Assembly (NCBI GenBank): GCA_963820635.1
Contig: CAWGAN010000003.1
Coordinates: 583,459 to 647,458, forward strand
Direction: 5' to 3'
DNA: 64,000 nt
Origin: an uncultured Gaiellaceae bacterium
GTDB lineage: Bacteria > Actinomycetota > Thermoleophilia > Gaiellales > Gaiellaceae
Positions 62,014 to 64,000 of this stretch are shown in pieces. The first letter of the stretch is position 1, and each line of letters opens with the position of its first letter. Position numbers and translations under genes: made by a program. Under the pieces are notes generated by a model. It saw only the letters and a program-made list of their open reading frames with translations, made no database searches and was not told the origin of the DNA.

Positions 62014-63054
62014 TCAAGCCCCCTCTGGCGTCTGCTCGCCGAGAATGCCCTGGGGCCGGAAGACGAGGACCGCGATGAGGATTCCGAACACGATCGAGCG
62101 CGTCCAGTCGCCGCCGGGGGTTCCGTCCAGGCCCTCGTTGAAGGCCTGGACCATCCCGATCATCAGCGCTCCGAGGACGGCACCGGAGAGGTTGCCGATG
62201 CCGCCGAGCACCGCAGCGGTGAACGCGACCAGGCCGAGCTCGAGCCCCGTGTCGTAGCGAATGTTGAACTGCAGGAGGTAGACGAGCCCGGCGACCGCGG
62301 CGAGACCGCCCGCGAGGAAGAAGGTCACGGAGATCGTGCGGTTGACGTTGATGCCCATCATGGCCGCCGCTTCGGTGTCCTGCGCGACGGCGCGCATCGC
62401 CTTCCCCTGGCGCGTCGAGCGCACGAACCACGTGAGCACGACGAGGACCGGGATCACGATCAGGAACACCCCGATCTTGTTCCACTGGATCGCGATCCCC
62501 CCGATCGTGATCGCGTCCGTCCGCGGGATGAAGTTCGGCACGGACTCGAAGTCGACGCCGTAGAGCGCGAGCGAGATGTTCGAGACGATGAACGACATCC
62601 CGACCGCCGTGATCAACGGAGCCAGCCGCGGCGCATTTCGAAGCGGCTTGTACGCGATGCGCTCGATCGTCGCGTTGACGATTGCGAAGAGCGGAATCGT
62701 GACCGCGAGCGTCCCGAGCAGGCCCAGGATGATCATGAGCACGGCCGTGTTCTCGTCGAGGCCGAAGACCGAGATGATCATCGTGCTCGCAACGAGGCCG
62801 GACAGGGCGAAGACGTCGCCGTGCGCGAAGTTGATGAGCTGGAGGATCCCGTAGACGAGCGTGTAGCCGAGGGCGATGAGTCCGTAGATCGCGCCGTTCG
62901 TGGCGCCGATGATGCCGACGTTGACGAACCTCGTCGGGTCCTCGAAGAACTTGACGACGAGCCAGATGACGACCAGAGCGAGCAGGAGCAGCCCGATCGC
63001 GTCGATGAGGCTCGAGCCTCGTATGCGATGCAGTGCGGCGGTCGCCGTCGCCAT
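62014..63054 (-). CDS. livH: Branched-chain amino acid ABC transporter permease LivH
   Basis: Intact 346-aa ORF with NGAIYGLIALGYTLVYGILQLINFAHGDVFALSGLV...MRAVAQDTEAAAMMGINVNR. Confidence 0.9.
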   Translation of the reverse strand: MATATAALHRIRGSSLIDAIGLLLLALVVIWLVVKFFEDPTRFVNVGIIGATNGAIYGLIALGYTLVYGILQLINFAHGDVFALSGLVASTMIISVFGLDENTAVLMIILGLLGTLAVTIPLFAIVNATIERIAYKPLRNAPRLAPLITAVGMSFIVSNISLALYGVDFESVPNFIPRTDAITIGGIAIQWNKIGVFLIVIPVLVVLTWFVRSTRQGKAMRAVAQDTEAAAMMGINVNRTISVTFFLAGGLAAVAGLVYLLQFNIRYDTGLELGLVAFTAAVLGGIGNLSGAVLGALMIGMVQAFNEGLDGTPGGDWTRSIVFGILIAVLVFRPQGILGEQTPEGA

Positions 63055-63074
63055 CGAGAGGCGACTCTAAACCG

Positions 63075-63111
63075 AAAAGGGGCGGAAGGGCAATGCCCTC
63101 CCGCCCCTTTT
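63075..63111 (-). terminator. Strong hairpin with flanking A/T tracts between the binding-protein gene and livH
   Basis: AAAAGGGGCGGAAGGGCA-at-GCCCTCCCGCCCCTTTT lies just downstream of the SBP stop (63129). This is the classic attenuating terminator position in SBP-permease operons. Confidence 0.7.
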
Positions 63112-63128
63112 CCAGCGGTTACTCCTTG

Positions 63129-64000
63129 CTAGGCGCCTGCAGCCGTGACGGTCGCAGGATCCGGCGAGAAGTTGTCCGACGTCTCCAGCTTGTCGGTCGC
63201 CACGTACATCGTGAAGCCGACGACCGCACCCGACGCGTTCGTCGGGTCGCCGTTCTCGTTGAACCCGAAGTCGCCGAGCAGGCCGTTCTCGACCTCGGTC
63301 GCGAAGATCTTCGCGATGATGTCCGAACGCGAGCCGTCGGACTCGCCGATCGCGTCGAGCACGATCTGCGCCGACTGCGCGCCGTAGATCGCGTACGGGT
63401 CGATCGCCTTGCCGGCGAGCGGGCCTTCCTGCAGCTGCTGGATGTACTCCGCTGCAGCTCCGGTGAACGCGTCGATCGGCACACCGGCGACCGACAGGAA
63501 CATGCCGGCGGCAGCCGCACCGGCCTCGTCGATCGTGGCCTGCGTCGCGAAGCCGTCCGGTGCGAACAGCTTGACGGCGCCGTCGTTCGGCCCGAGCACG
63601 GCCACCTTGTCCTTGATCACCTGGGCGCCGTTCTCGTCGATGAGTCCTCCGAGGAAGACCGCGTCGGCGTCGGTGCCCTGGATCTTCTTCATGGTCGCCT
63701 CGTAGCTCGAGGCCTTCGGATCCCATGCCTCGAAGCCGGCGATCTTGATCCCGAGGTGCTCCGCGGCCTTGCGCGTCGTCGTCGCGACGCCGAGGCCGTA
63801 GGCCTCCTTGTCGTTGAGGATGTAGACGCTCTTGACGCCCTGCTTCTGCATGAACTCTGCCATGGAACGCGCCCTGGTAGTCGTCCGCCGGGGCGACGCG
63901 TGCGTAGTTGCGCGAACCGCTCGGGTAGTACTTCGCGGGCTCGCTGGCAGCGCATCCGCCCGGCAGGTTCACCGTGAGGCACGGATACGTGTTCGCCGGC
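63129..64000 (-). CDS. Branched-chain amino acid ABC transporter substrate-binding protein, partial (runs off the window end), apparent frameshift near 63865
   Basis: MAEFMQKQGVKSVYILNDKEAYGLGVATTTRKAAEHLGIKIAGFEAWDPKASSYEATMKKIQGTDADAVFLGG... (type I periplasmic-binding fold). The upstream frame contributes PAKYYPSGSRNYARVAPADDYQG. Confidence 0.8.

Overview
This is a very GC-rich, actinobacterium-like chromosomal segment. Codon third positions are almost all G/C, and long spurious Arg/Pro/Ala-rich ORFs occur in every frame. Most of the window is housekeeping: trkA, two APC-permease/UspA fusions, two secreted S8 subtilases, hppA, rex, gdhA, tsaE-tsaB-rimI-tsaD, a family-4 UDG, panC-panB, uvrA, uvrB, an M32 carboxypeptidase, an HD-GYP protein, coaE, rpsA, polA and a liv-type ABC transporter. 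An accessory-looking island lies between about 36.3 and 49.4 kb. Its core is a translationally coupled gene pair. The first gene encodes a SARP (wHTH+BTAD) DNA-binding module fused to a SIR2_2 NADase-like domain. The second encodes a P-loop STAND NTPase, one transmembrane helix and WD40 repeats. A 1250-aa SARP / class III cyclase / AAA-STAND ATPase / TPR protein lies next to the pair. Around them are several tiny orphan genes, including a 37-codon ORF with a signal-peptide-like sequence. Two classes of 11-bp-phased direct repeats (TTGAG-type and GTTAGC-type) sit at fixed distances upstream of seven transcription units in the island. That is the geometry expected for SARP activator sites. I consider this candidate NAD-targeting STAND module with its own SARP regulon the most likely novel system in the window. 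A second feature is a structured intergenic repeat family: three tandem 89-bp copies at 57.4 kb plus single copies at 11.9 and 59.2 kb. One caveat applies throughout. Many conserved genes are broken by single-base frame changes. Five that I checked by hand all fall in 3-nt G/C runs, so they are most likely sequence errors and not pseudogenes. Coordinates of frameshifted genes are stitched estimates. I saw no rRNA, tRNA, CRISPR array, transposase or integrase.
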